A DNA stretch of 64,000 nt from NCBI GenBank assembly GCA_046759765.1, contig JBHICV010000001.1:125-64124 (forward strand), in the 5' to 3' direction. Position numbers and translations under genes: made by a program. Positions 47,326 through 56,248 of this stretch are shown piece after piece. The stretch comes from Acidimicrobiia bacterium (GTDB lineage Bacteria > Actinomycetota > Acidimicrobiia > Spongiisociales > CAZKJJ01). A model generated the notes under the pieces. That model had not been told where the DNA came from. It did not search any database and saw only the letters and a list, made by a program, of their open reading frames with translations. How positions within the stretch are numbered: position 1 is the first letter of the stretch; every line of letters begins with the position of its first letter.

Positions 47326-48234
47326 TCAGGCGGCCTCCCAGGCCGCCCGACGAAGTGCTCGGTAGAGGAGGTCGCGGTCACCAAGCCGACGCCGCAGATG
47401 GCGTTCCAATCCACCGACCGGATAAAGGTTCTGCGGGGCCCGCGGTTCCTTGTGACGGCCGGACGCGAACCGTGGGAGCGTCGCCGACACGAGGTCGGCT
47501 GTCGCGGTTGCTTCAGATGGCTCGAGCTCTGCGGGCGCTTCGCATCGAACGATTCCCGACATCGGGCTGGCATCCGATCCCGGGAGGCGCAGGTACCACG
47601 AGTATCGACTCCATGATGTGGTTGTCAGAAACACTGGCGTCCGCTGACCAGGAAGCAGATTCCCCAGGACCGGCTGAAGCGCAGGAGGTAGATAGTTGAC
47701 ACGATGGGTCTTGATGTAGCCGACAGCTCCCCGCGGCCCGGCGCGGCCCCTCAAGGGGCCATCCACCACCACCAGTTGGCCCTCCGAGGCGGGCAGGTCG
47801 CGCTCCAGATCACCCATCCTCTGTTGAACTCCGAGCCACAGCTCTTCGGGGGTCGATCCGGCGGTGGCGTGTAACTCGTATGTGGCCCGTGACGTCACCA
47901 GCGCCCGAGCGTCTCCAGCCGGTGTGAACAGGCCCCTCCGTACCTCAGCTGCCACGATGTCGGCGGTGCCGTTGCACAAGACCGCGCCCGCTGCGTATGA
48001 GGCGCAGACACCCATCACCGCCGTTTCGCCCTCTGTGATCCAGAGGTTGGCGTCCACTCTTCGGACTCCGTCTATGAAGAGAACGTGCTCAGCAGGTTCC
48101 CCGGTTGGCGACTGCGGGGTCCATTTTTCTCCCGGTATCTCGATGTCGACATCGACAGGTCCGGAAGGCTCTTCGGACCACATGTCGGTCGGAGTCCCGT
48201 AGTCCGGATCCCACGGCTCAACAGAGAACCTCAT
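47326..48234 (-). CDS. Hypothetical protein, candidate NurA-like nuclease (last gene of the herA-sbcD-sbcC operon)
   Basis: 302 aa; ATGA overlap with the sbcC stop. Contains HVLFIDGVRRVD and LVVVDGPLRG, reminiscent of NurA motifs I and III (xIDGS, hhhDGsL), plus GYIKTH. Confidence 0.4.
   Translation of the reverse strand: MRFSVEPWDPDYGTPTDMWSEEPSGPVDVDIEIPGEKWTPQSPTGEPAEHVLFIDGVRRVDANLWITEGETAVMGVCASYAAGAVLCNGTADIVAAEVRRGLFTPAGDARALVTSRATYELHATAGSTPEELWLGVQQRMGDLERDLPASEGQLVVVDGPLRGRAGPRGAVGYIKTHRVNYLPPALQPVLGNLLPGQRTPVFLTTTSWSRYSWYLRLPGSDASPMSGIVRCEAPAELEPSEATATADLVSATLPRFASGRHKEPRAPQNLYPVGGLERHLRRRLGDRDLLYRALRRAAWEAA
47329..47347. terminator. GC hairpin GGCGGCCT-ccc-AGGCCGCC between convergent gpsA and the NurA-like gene
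   Basis: 8-bp perfect stem immediately after both convergent stops; there is no U-tract, so intrinsic termination is uncertain. Confidence 0.3.
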
Positions 48235-50615
48235 GAGTCGATTCGCCGCACCGTTGCGGTCTTGGCACCTTTGGTGACCTCGAACCTGACCGGTACCTGC
48301 TCGGCGAGCTCGGTTACGTGGGTGACAATTCCGACCGTTCGGCCCCGGGCTCCGAGCTCGTGAATGACACCTCCAACCGTGTCTAGGCTCTCGCGATCGA
48401 GTGTCCCGAAACCCTCATCGAGAAAGATCGTCTCCATGGGCGAGCCTCCTCTGGTTGACAAACGGCTCAGCTGCTCGGAGAGAGAGAGCGCCAGCGACAG
48501 GGACACCAGAAATGTCTCACCTCCTGAGAGGGTACGAACCGAGCGCCTCTCATCGGCGTTGCGATGATCGACGACCTCGAAGCCTCTCCCGGCGAGCCAG
48601 AGCGAGTACGACCCCTGCGAGAGTTCCGTCAAGAGCTCGTTGGCACCGGCAACCAAAGCCCTCAGGGCCTCGTCCAAGAGCCAAGCTTCGAAACGATCGG
48701 CCCGCAGATGGAGAGCCAGCATCTCCGAGGTGGCCCTACGGCGGGTGCTCTTCTCGATCCCGATGCGGATCTTCTCCAACTCAGAGGCCGCTTCGGAGAT
48801 CCGATCGAGCTGATGTCTCGCCTCGGCTAACTCGGCGAACGAAGCCTTCTCCCGGCTGAGGACATCTGTGGGTTCCAGTCCGTGCTCTCGCATAAACTCG
48901 TCGAGCTTGTCGGCCAGCTCGACGGCCTCGACCTCGTATCTGGCTGCCGCCTCCTCCGCTTCGGTAGCTTCGGCCGTCAGCTCGTCGCCGCGGGCTCGGG
49001 CCCACTCGGCGAGTTGTTGCCAGTCATGAAACGGATCGTCTCGCGCCGGTCGCGGCGGATCGAGTTTCGCAACCCGGTCTCTCGCCTGCTCGAAGTCCTT
49101 GCGAAGTCGATCGATATTGCCTTCCAACTGCTCCTGCTTTGTTCGGTGCTTGGCGAAGGCCTCGCGGGCTTCGATCTCGCTTTTGCGTGAGTCTGACAGC
49201 TCGGCATCTGCTTTCTCGGCCGCCTCGACCTGTGCCGCAAGCTCGTCACGTGGCGGCACCCCCGCAAGCCGGCGCTCGAGCTCATCGATTCGCTCCTGCA
49301 GGTCGTGGGCTCTCCCCTCGAGCCGAGCTCTCTTCTCCTCCGCCGCGCTCTTCCTCGCTTCGCTACTGTCGTGGGCATCCTCCACTAGCCGCAGGCCCTT
49401 CTGAGCGGCCGTCAGTGAGGCTGCCCGCACCTCCGTCGGGATCGCAGTCACCACCTGTCTGCAGACCGGACAACGGTCACCCATACGAAGATCGGCCGCG
49501 AGACCGTGGGCGGCATGAGCCGACTTGGCCTCCTCGAGCGCTTCTCGTGCTGCGAGCAGCTTGCTGTTCGACTCGGCGGCGTCGGCTCGCACGGAAATGA
49601 GCTCGGAGGAAGCGATTTCCAAGCTGGCGGATACCTCCGAATGCGCCTTTCGGATTTGAGTCAGCTCCTCCATCCCCCTCCAAAGATCCTTCAGCTCCGC
49701 GCGGTCGCCGAGACTGTCTCGGCGACTCTCGGCCGCCGTCAGACGCTCGGTTGCTTTCTTGGCGTCTGCCTGGGATATCACCAGCTGGTGGTTGGCGGTA
49801 TCGCTCTGATTTCTCAGTGTCTGGGCCTCATCCGGGACTTCGAGACCCTCGAGCTTGCTTGCCTGTTCCGCCGCGGTCCGAGCTGCCTTCCGCGTGGCTT
49901 CGGCGTCGGCGATCTTTCTCTCGAGCTCTGGTTCGGATTCAGCCAGGCGCTCGTGCAGCCGCTCCAGGGCGGCGACACGCTTCTCCGCGTCAGCCCTCGC
50001 TTGCGAAGTCGCGAAGTCGAGATCCGCTGCACGTGCCTCGAGCCCGCGCACCCGCTCGGAAAGCGCCGCGGCCTCGTGTGCCGCTAGCTCCCGGATCTCG
50101 GAGAAGATTCCAAGGTCGAGAAGGCTGCGCAGGAGAGCCTGGCGTTGAGCCGGCCGATCATGGAGAAATCGGGCGAACTCGCCCTGCGGTAGGACGACTG
50201 ACTTGATGAAGTGATCGAACCCGAGCCCCAGCAAGGCTTCGACGGCGTTGGTGACTTCATCGGCCGTGCCGGCTACGACCTCGTCTCCGTGCTCGAGCCG
50301 TGCCTCTTCGGTGCTGGCTCCCCCGTCTTTTCTTCGGCGGACCACTCGGACTGCGGTCCACTCATCGGGCCCCACGTTGAAGTCGAATCGGACCCGGGCT
50401 TCGAGCTTCCCGACTGAGATCAGGGGGGCGACGGCCCGCTTGTCGCCGTACCTCGGGACCGACCCATAGAGCGCGAACACGATCGCGTCGATCAGGCTGG
50501 ATTTTCCGGCTCCGGTGGCGCCAGTCAATGCGAAGAGATCGGCGTCTGAGAAATCGACAACTACCGGTTCGCGAAAGGCTATGAAGCCTGAAACCTCGAG
50601 TTGCTTAGGGCGCAC
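48231..50615 (-). CDS. sbcC: SbcC/Rad50-family ATPase with zinc hook
   Basis: Walker A LTGATGAGKSSLIDAI, coiled-coil middle with the CPVC hook (DRCPVCRQ), C-terminal signature LSGGETFLVSLSLALSL and Walker B IFLDEGFGTLD. 794 aa. Confidence 0.8.
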   Translation of the reverse strand: MRPKQLEVSGFIAFREPVVVDFSDADLFALTGATGAGKSSLIDAIVFALYGSVPRYGDKRAVAPLISVGKLEARVRFDFNVGPDEWTAVRVVRRRKDGGASTEEARLEHGDEVVAGTADEVTNAVEALLGLGFDHFIKSVVLPQGEFARFLHDRPAQRQALLRSLLDLGIFSEIRELAAHEAAALSERVRGLEARAADLDFATSQARADAEKRVAALERLHERLAESEPELERKIADAEATRKAARTAAEQASKLEGLEVPDEAQTLRNQSDTANHQLVISQADAKKATERLTAAESRRDSLGDRAELKDLWRGMEELTQIRKAHSEVSASLEIASSELISVRADAAESNSKLLAAREALEEAKSAHAAHGLAADLRMGDRCPVCRQVVTAIPTEVRAASLTAAQKGLRLVEDAHDSSEARKSAAEEKRARLEGRAHDLQERIDELERRLAGVPPRDELAAQVEAAEKADAELSDSRKSEIEAREAFAKHRTKQEQLEGNIDRLRKDFEQARDRVAKLDPPRPARDDPFHDWQQLAEWARARGDELTAEATEAEEAAARYEVEAVELADKLDEFMREHGLEPTDVLSREKASFAELAEARHQLDRISEAASELEKIRIGIEKSTRRRATSEMLALHLRADRFEAWLLDEALRALVAGANELLTELSQGSYSLWLAGRGFEVVDHRNADERRSVRTLSGGETFLVSLSLALSLSEQLSRLSTRGGSPMETIFLDEGFGTLDRESLDTVGGVIHELGARGRTVGIVTHVTELAEQVPVRFEVTKGAKTATVRRIDS

Positions 50616-51747
50616 CCGCCGTCTCCATTAGCTCCCGAAACAGGGCGACAACCTTGTCGTCCTCTACGCCCTCGCTCGTCAAGTACTCCGCCACGAGCTC
50701 ATGGGGAGGGCGCCCCAGACGCGGCGGGCGCTCCACATCGTCAAGTTTCTCGGGACTGACGAGTACTACGTCGATGGCCTCGGGAATCATCTCGCGGATC
50801 TGATCGGCCAGGCCTGCTCGAGCCGGCTCGTGGAGCTCAACGCGGACATATGCGTCCTCGGTGCTCGGGGCGGCAGCCTCGATTTCAGCCAGAGTCCCGG
50901 CGATCTTGAAGAGGCGTCGCCCGCTCGTGATCGGTATCTGGGTGACGTGAGCGGGCAGGCCGGGTTCCGCTTCTACGAGCAAGACGCCTTTGGGATCTTC
51001 CGTTTCGCCGAAGTCGAGCTGCAGCGGCGAGCCGGAATACCAGGTCGGACATGGGGCGGGGACACGCTGAGCCCGGTGCAGGTGTCCCAGCGCCGCATAG
51101 GTCAACGCACCGGGAAACGCCTGGGCAGGGACGACATAATCAAACACCGTGTGAGCCTGTCGCTCGCCACCGCCCAGTTCGCCCCCGGCCACCATCACAT
51201 GACCGACAACGATGTTGACCTCATTCGTCGACAGGTCCTGCGTGAGGTGCACGATGATCTCTCGGACCCGTTCGGCGTACTTGCCGCCGTGAGCCGATCT
51301 CCCCAGGCCCATCAGATCATCTGCTCGAACGACGTAGCGCTGGGAGATGAACGGCAGCAAGGCGAGCCGCGCCGACTCGCCGCTCGCGGCCTTCATTCGT
51401 ATAACTCCGCCTTCCGCCGCGGGGCGGGGATGGGATGCGACCGTTACCCGACCAAGCTCCAGTAGAGGGGCCACGGCCTCGAGCCGGCGGGGATGGTCGT
51501 GATTGCCGGCCACGATGACAACGGGCGCGATTTCGGCCAGGCCGAGCAGCGTCTGGTAGACGATCTGTTCGGACTGCGGAGATGGGGCAGCCAGGTCGAA
51601 CAGATCCCCGCCCACGAGAACCAGGTCGACTTCCTGTGCCTCCGCCACACCAGTGACTTCCAACAGCACAGCTTCATGCTCGGCGGCACGGCTCTTTCCA
51701 CGCATCGTCCTTCCCACGTGCCAGTCCGAGGTGTGGAGGATTCTCAC
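50605..51747 (-). CDS. sbcD: SbcD/Mre11-family nuclease
   Basis: Calcineurin-like phosphoesterase motifs VRILHTSDWHVGR, GDLFD, VAGNHDHP and GHVM (as VGHVMVAG). GTG start overlaps the HerA-like stop (GTGA). Confidence 0.8.
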   Translation of the reverse strand: MRILHTSDWHVGRTMRGKSRAAEHEAVLLEVTGVAEAQEVDLVLVGGDLFDLAAPSPQSEQIVYQTLLGLAEIAPVVIVAGNHDHPRRLEAVAPLLELGRVTVASHPRPAAEGGVIRMKAASGESARLALLPFISQRYVVRADDLMGLGRSAHGGKYAERVREIIVHLTQDLSTNEVNIVVGHVMVAGGELGGGERQAHTVFDYVVPAQAFPGALTYAALGHLHRAQRVPAPCPTWYSGSPLQLDFGETEDPKGVLLVEAEPGLPAHVTQIPITSGRRLFKIAGTLAEIEAAAPSTEDAYVRVELHEPARAGLADQIREMIPEAIDVVLVSPEKLDDVERPPRLGRPPHELVAEYLTSEGVEDDKVVALFRELMETAGAP

Positions 51748-53414
51748 GCCGGGAGTCCGGCGAATGGGTCCTGCTGTGAGGCCGGTCCGGCCTCTGAAGC
51801 TCGTGTTGCCCACGCGGGGAACGGAAACTCGACGACCAGCGGAATTGGTAGCTCGGGCTGGGAGACGAGCATCGTTCCCGGCTTCATGATGGTCGCCCGC
51901 TGGCGATGTGCGGCCGGAAGGAACCCGTACTCCTCGCGGGCTGCTTCGGCCGAGTCCAATCGTCCGACGACTCTGATCGAAGAGTTGGCGATTATCCGGC
52001 GCTCTACTTCGCTGGCAGTTTGTTGCGCTCCGATCAGAACAACTCCCAGCGAGCGGCCGCGCTCCGCCACATCCAGGAGAACCTCCTTGATGGGCGAGAA
52101 GCCCTCACGAGGGGCATATTTGTTCAGCTCGTCGAGGACCAAGACCAGCAACTCGCGGGTGCCGCCCTGACGCTCTTTCTCCTCGAAGGCCCGACGGACC
52201 GTCGCTCCTACCACGAACCTCTTCGCTCTGTCGTTGAGCGTGTGAAGGTCTACGACGGTCACCTGATCGTCCAGGCGGACTCGATGTTGGCCGGGATCGG
52301 GGACGTCAGCGCGCACAAGACGCTCTACGTGCCGTACCGCTCCCTGCAAACGGCGCACGAAGGCATTGATCGTGCCCATGCCCATAGCCGGACCGGCCCA
52401 CAGGTGCCGGTCGGAGTCGTCCTGCACGCGGGCGGTGATCAGATCGGCCAGCTCGCGGAAAGTCCTGAGCTCAACACCGTCGAGCTTCACGCCACCGTCG
52501 TCGGTCGTCACCGCGTTACGCAGCTGAGCCATCACGTTGTATATGACCATCGTGTACTGGGCTCGGTCGTCTTCGGCATCGGCAAAGAGGAAAGGCAGCA
52601 GGTCGTCCTGACAGAAATCGGCCAGAGTCCAAAAGAAGGACGTGACGCCTTCACTGCGTCCCGCTACGCCGGCAGCCGCGCTCGGCGCGCCTGCCCTAGG
52701 CGGCGCGAAGATCGCCAAGCTGCGGAAAGGTTCACCGGCCAAGCCGAGGGCCTGGTAAAGACGCCGGTCCTCCGCGCTCATGGCCAAGTTTCCTCGGTCG
52801 AGGTAGAGAAGGTCCTCTCCCTTCACATTGAAGATCAGCGCCTTTGTGTTGACGGCTCGGTCGCCTAGGACTCCGGAGCTGAACAGGCTGTGAAGCAAGA
52901 ACGTGGCGTAGCTCGTCTTGGTCGCCACCCCGGAGACGCCGCTGATGTTGGCGTGTGCTCCGCGGGTGCCGTCGAGAAACTCCAAGTTGGCGAACAGAGG
53001 CTCACCGGACCGGGACAACCCGATCGGCAGCCGCTCGCTCATCCGGTCGAAGAAAAGCGCCTCCTCCCGCTCTTCGGCATGAGCAAGGCGAACACCCAAG
53101 CCCGGCTGAGGTGGGACGAAGATCTCGGGCTCGAAGCGAGTCGCCGTTACCTGCGCCGCCTCCATCACTTCCGCCGGCAGCACTCCTTCGGAGATGAGAA
53201 AGACGTCGGAGTCGAAGCGTGCGCCCTCATGGCGCGCGCGTACCTGGGAGACGACGCCGTAAATCCTTACCTGCTCGCCACCCGGGAGCTTGCGTTCGAG
53301 AGCGACGACATCGTCGAGCTGCAAATAGCGATCGCCCGCCACCCCGACCCAGAACTCCAGAGGCGTGGCGTCCTCTGTGCCGATTACCCGGCCGACAAGC
53401 TCGTTCGACTCCAC
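51744..53414 (-). CDS. HerA-like (FtsK/HerA superfamily) ATPase
   Basis: 556 aa with an N-terminal barrel-like region, a deviant Walker A GVSGVATKTS and a HerA-type Walker B LVLVLDELNKYAP (compare hhhhDEAHxxxP). Confidence 0.6.
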   Translation of the reverse strand: MESNELVGRVIGTEDATPLEFWVGVAGDRYLQLDDVVALERKLPGGEQVRIYGVVSQVRARHEGARFDSDVFLISEGVLPAEVMEAAQVTATRFEPEIFVPPQPGLGVRLAHAEEREEALFFDRMSERLPIGLSRSGEPLFANLEFLDGTRGAHANISGVSGVATKTSYATFLLHSLFSSGVLGDRAVNTKALIFNVKGEDLLYLDRGNLAMSAEDRRLYQALGLAGEPFRSLAIFAPPRAGAPSAAAGVAGRSEGVTSFFWTLADFCQDDLLPFLFADAEDDRAQYTMVIYNVMAQLRNAVTTDDGGVKLDGVELRTFRELADLITARVQDDSDRHLWAGPAMGMGTINAFVRRLQGAVRHVERLVRADVPDPGQHRVRLDDQVTVVDLHTLNDRAKRFVVGATVRRAFEEKERQGGTRELLVLVLDELNKYAPREGFSPIKEVLLDVAERGRSLGVVLIGAQQTASEVERRIIANSSIRVVGRLDSAEAAREEYGFLPAAHRQRATIMKPGTMLVSQPELPIPLVVEFPFPAWATRASEAGPASQQDPFAGLPA

Positions 53415-53462
53415 AATCCGGCCCTGCGGCCGAGGGTAGCAACAGGGTGCGACACTGCCGTG

Positions 53463-54704
53463 TCATGCTTCGGGAGCGATTCGAAGCACCCTGCCGTCGC
53501 GAACGGCGACGTAAATCTCGCCCGTGGAATCGACCCCGAATGACGAGAGTCCTTCGAGTCGACCGACCTGGTCGGTCCAGTCGGTTTGATCGACGGCCTC
53601 GCCGCCTTGATAGCGAAAGCTCCGCAGGTAGCCCGCGCAGTAGTCCGAGTACAGATAGTGGCCGCCGAGGCTCGGGATTGCGCTGCCTCGGTAAACCACG
53701 CCGCCGGTTACGGAGCAGCTGCCCGAATCGCGGTGCGCGATCTCCAACACCGGCAGGGTGAGCCCGGCCACATCGCACCCGCTCACGGGTCGGAAGCAGT
53801 GGAGCCCTTCGGTAATCGGCCACCCGTAGTTGAGACCCCCGACGTCGCCCGGGGCAACATCGATCTCCTCGAAGGCGTTCTGGCCGACGTCACCGATATA
53901 GAGAAGTCCCCTGTCAAAGGAGAACCGCCAAGGGTTCCTGAGGCCATACGCCCACACCTGGGGCGCGCCACCGCCGTCCACGTACGGGTTGTCGGGGGGT
54001 ATCTCGTAGGGGACTCCCGAGTCGACATCGAGCCGAAGGATCGTGCCGAGAAGGGTGTCCGGACGCTGGCCCTGGCCGAACTGGTCGTTGGCGCCCCCGC
54101 CGTCACCGAGACCGAGGTACAGGTATCCATCAGGCCCGAAGGACAGTTGTCCGCCGTTGTGGTTGCCGGCGGGCTGATCAGCCGTAAGGATCACTCGGAC
54201 CGGATCGGGGTCGGCCAGGTCGGAGCCCGCAGAACGTCGGTACTCGACGACCCGGGTATCGCCACTTCCATCCGAATAATGCACGAAGAACCGGCCGCTC
54301 TGGGCGTAGTCGGGATGAAAGGCCAGCCCGAGCAGCCCTTGTTCGCCTCGGTCCCTGACGAGGTCTCGGATATCAAGGAAAACGCGGAGGTCGCTCGATG
54401 GGTCAGTCACGAATATCCGACCTTCCTTGGCGACGACGAAAAGACGCGGGTCCCCGGCAAGCGACTCGATTCCGACCGGGAACGGCAGGCCGGTCACGGT
54501 CGTCTCGTAGAAGAGCGAGCTCGGCTCAGGAACCGTCGTGGTCGTTGTCGGGCCCGTGATCTCAGGGGGGGCCGTGGTCGTCGTCGAAATTGTGGCTGGC
54601 GGCTCCGCCGCCGGCACCGACGTGGCTGGCACCGGATCCCCTGGGCTGTCGACCAGCGCCGTACAGGCCGAGAGGAGCACGGCGAGAATTAGGGGTCGCC
54701 GCAT
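53463..54704 (-). CDS. PQQ-dependent sugar dehydrogenase (SGDH-type beta-propeller) lipoprotein
   Basis: Signal/lipobox LLSACTAL; GLLGLAFHPDY and HNGGQL motifs of soluble aldose sugar dehydrogenases. Confidence 0.7.
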   Translation of the reverse strand: MRRPLILAVLLSACTALVDSPGDPVPATSVPAAEPPATISTTTTAPPEITGPTTTTTVPEPSSLFYETTVTGLPFPVGIESLAGDPRLFVVAKEGRIFVTDPSSDLRVFLDIRDLVRDRGEQGLLGLAFHPDYAQSGRFFVHYSDGSGDTRVVEYRRSAGSDLADPDPVRVILTADQPAGNHNGGQLSFGPDGYLYLGLGDGGGANDQFGQGQRPDTLLGTILRLDVDSGVPYEIPPDNPYVDGGGAPQVWAYGLRNPWRFSFDRGLLYIGDVGQNAFEEIDVAPGDVGGLNYGWPITEGLHCFRPVSGCDVAGLTLPVLEIAHRDSGSCSVTGGVVYRGSAIPSLGGHYLYSDYCAGYLRSFRYQGGEAVDQTDWTDQVGRLEGLSSFGVDSTGEIYVAVRDGRVLRIAPEA

Positions 54705-54921
54705 TGCGTCAGGCTAGGAGCGACTTGTCCTTAATTCGCGGCCTTCGACGACCGCTATGGGGCATTGTCGTCAGCTGCTAGTAACGTCTGCCTCGCAGAG
54801 TGCCTGCTTCAACGTTCCGCCCTCCCTTGCTCCTTGTATCAAGACCGGGCGAATGGAGACCGGCTTGCACGATCTGATTCCATAGGGCACGACCTGGCCT
54901 TGCATGAAAAGGAGCAAATAG

Positions 54922-55179
54922 GTGAGTACGAACATTTACGTGGGCAACCTGCCCTTCAGCACAACTTCGGGCGAGCTCGAGGAGCTGTTCGCAGCGCATG
55001 GGACGGTGACGAGCGCGCAAGTGATAACTGACCGCATGACGGGCCGTTCACGCGGCTTTGGCTTCGTCGAGATGGAATCCGACGAGGCGGCGCAGGAGGC
55101 CATTGGGGAGCTAAACGACTCCGAGCTCGAAGGGCGCCGCATACGAGTGAACGTGGCCAGGGAGCGAACCTCTCGTTGA
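54922..55179 (+). CDS. RNA-binding protein, RRM domain
   Basis: GTG start after aaggag. RNP2 IYVGNL and RNP1 RGFGFVEM motifs. Confidence 0.8.
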   Translation: MSTNIYVGNLPFSTTSGELEELFAAHGTVTSAQVITDRMTGRSRGFGFVEMESDEAAQEAIGELNDSELEGRRIRVNVARERTSR

Positions 55180-55406
55180 AAGAGTCCGAATCGGACGTGG
55201 TCCAGATGTCGGGGGTGGTCATTGAGACACTTCCGAACGCCACGTTCCGCGTGCGACTCGACGACAGCGAGCTCGAAGTGCTCGCCCGGGCGTCGGGTCG
55301 GATGAGACGTCGGCGACGTATACGAATCCTCAAGGGTGACCGAGTCGACGTAGACGTCTCGCTCTACGATCCGAGCCGAGGCCGGATCGTCTGGCGTCAC
55401 AAGTAG
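55176..55406 (+). CDS. infA: Translation initiation factor IF-1-like (S1-like domain)
   Basis: VVQMSGVVIETLPNATFRVRLDD...RRIRILKGDRVDVDVSLYDPSRGRIVWRHK parallels E. coli IF-1 ([22 protein letters not shown]...[27 protein letters not shown]). The TTG start overlaps the RRM stop; an alternative ATG lies at 55206. Confidence 0.7.
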   Translation: MKESESDVVQMSGVVIETLPNATFRVRLDDSELEVLARASGRMRRRRRIRILKGDRVDVDVSLYDPSRGRIVWRHK

Positions 55407-55443
55407 CAAAGCCTGTCACACCTCGCCCGTAGGTTGAACGGGC

Positions 55444-56229
55444 ATGAAAAGGCTAGGTCTGGCAATCGTCCTCGCGGTCAGCGCATGCACTGCGGCGCCC
55501 GAAGGCGTAACCGTCACGGTCCTCGACGTGATCGACGGGGACACCATCCGCGTTCTTTCGAACGGGAGCCTCGAGGATGTGCGGCTGGTTGGGATCAACA
55601 GCCCTGAGTGGGTTGAGTGCCAGGGTCCGGAGGCAGCGGCAGCTCTCGAGGAAATGCTCGAACGGGATAGGGCGCGTCTGGTGGTGGACACCTCAGACCG
55701 CGACCAATACGGAAGGCTGCTTCGGCTGGTCTTCTCGGAAGGGGATTTCGTCAACGAGTCATTGGTGCGCGCGGGCCTGGCTATCGCCTTCTCGGTTCCG
55801 CCCGACGTCTCGGCCGCCAACCTCCTATCGCGAGCTGAGGAGTCGGCGGAGCGAAGCTGGGCCGGGATCTGGGACCCAAGTGCCTGCGGTCCTCCTCCCC
55901 CGCCGGGCATCACGATCGAAGGGATACACAGTGGAGCAGGTTGGACAGGCGAGCCCATCGATGGGGAATCGGCGGTCATCCGCAACATTGGTGCCTCGGC
56001 GATTGAACTCACGGACTGGACGCTGCGTGACGCCTCGTCTCACCACCGCTACCGATTCCCCGCCTTGGTAGTAGAGGGTGGAGGCCGAGTGGTGATCGAG
56101 ACGGCCTGCGGATCCGATCGGCCGGACCGCCTGCACTGGTGCTCGGATAGCCCGGTGTGGAACGACGCTCGGGACCACGCCTTTCTTCTGGACATCCACG
56201 GCAACATCGCCAGCCATCTGCGTTATTGA
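55444..56229 (+). CDS. Secreted thermonuclease (SNase-like) lipoprotein with C-terminal lamin-tail-like domain
   Basis: Lipobox LAVSACTA; SNase motifs DGDTIRV...VRLVGINSPE...YGRLL; C-terminal ...NIGASAIELTDWTLRD... resembles an LTD. Confidence 0.6.
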   Translation: MKRLGLAIVLAVSACTAAPEGVTVTVLDVIDGDTIRVLSNGSLEDVRLVGINSPEWVECQGPEAAAALEEMLERDRARLVVDTSDRDQYGRLLRLVFSEGDFVNESLVRAGLAIAFSVPPDVSAANLLSRAEESAERSWAGIWDPSACGPPPPPGITIEGIHSGAGWTGEPIDGESAVIRNIGASAIELTDWTLRDASSHHRYRFPALVVEGGGRVVIETACGSDRPDRLHWCSDSPVWNDARDHAFLLDIHGNIASHLRY

Positions 56230-56248
56230 GGGCGCTACCTTCCCTCTC

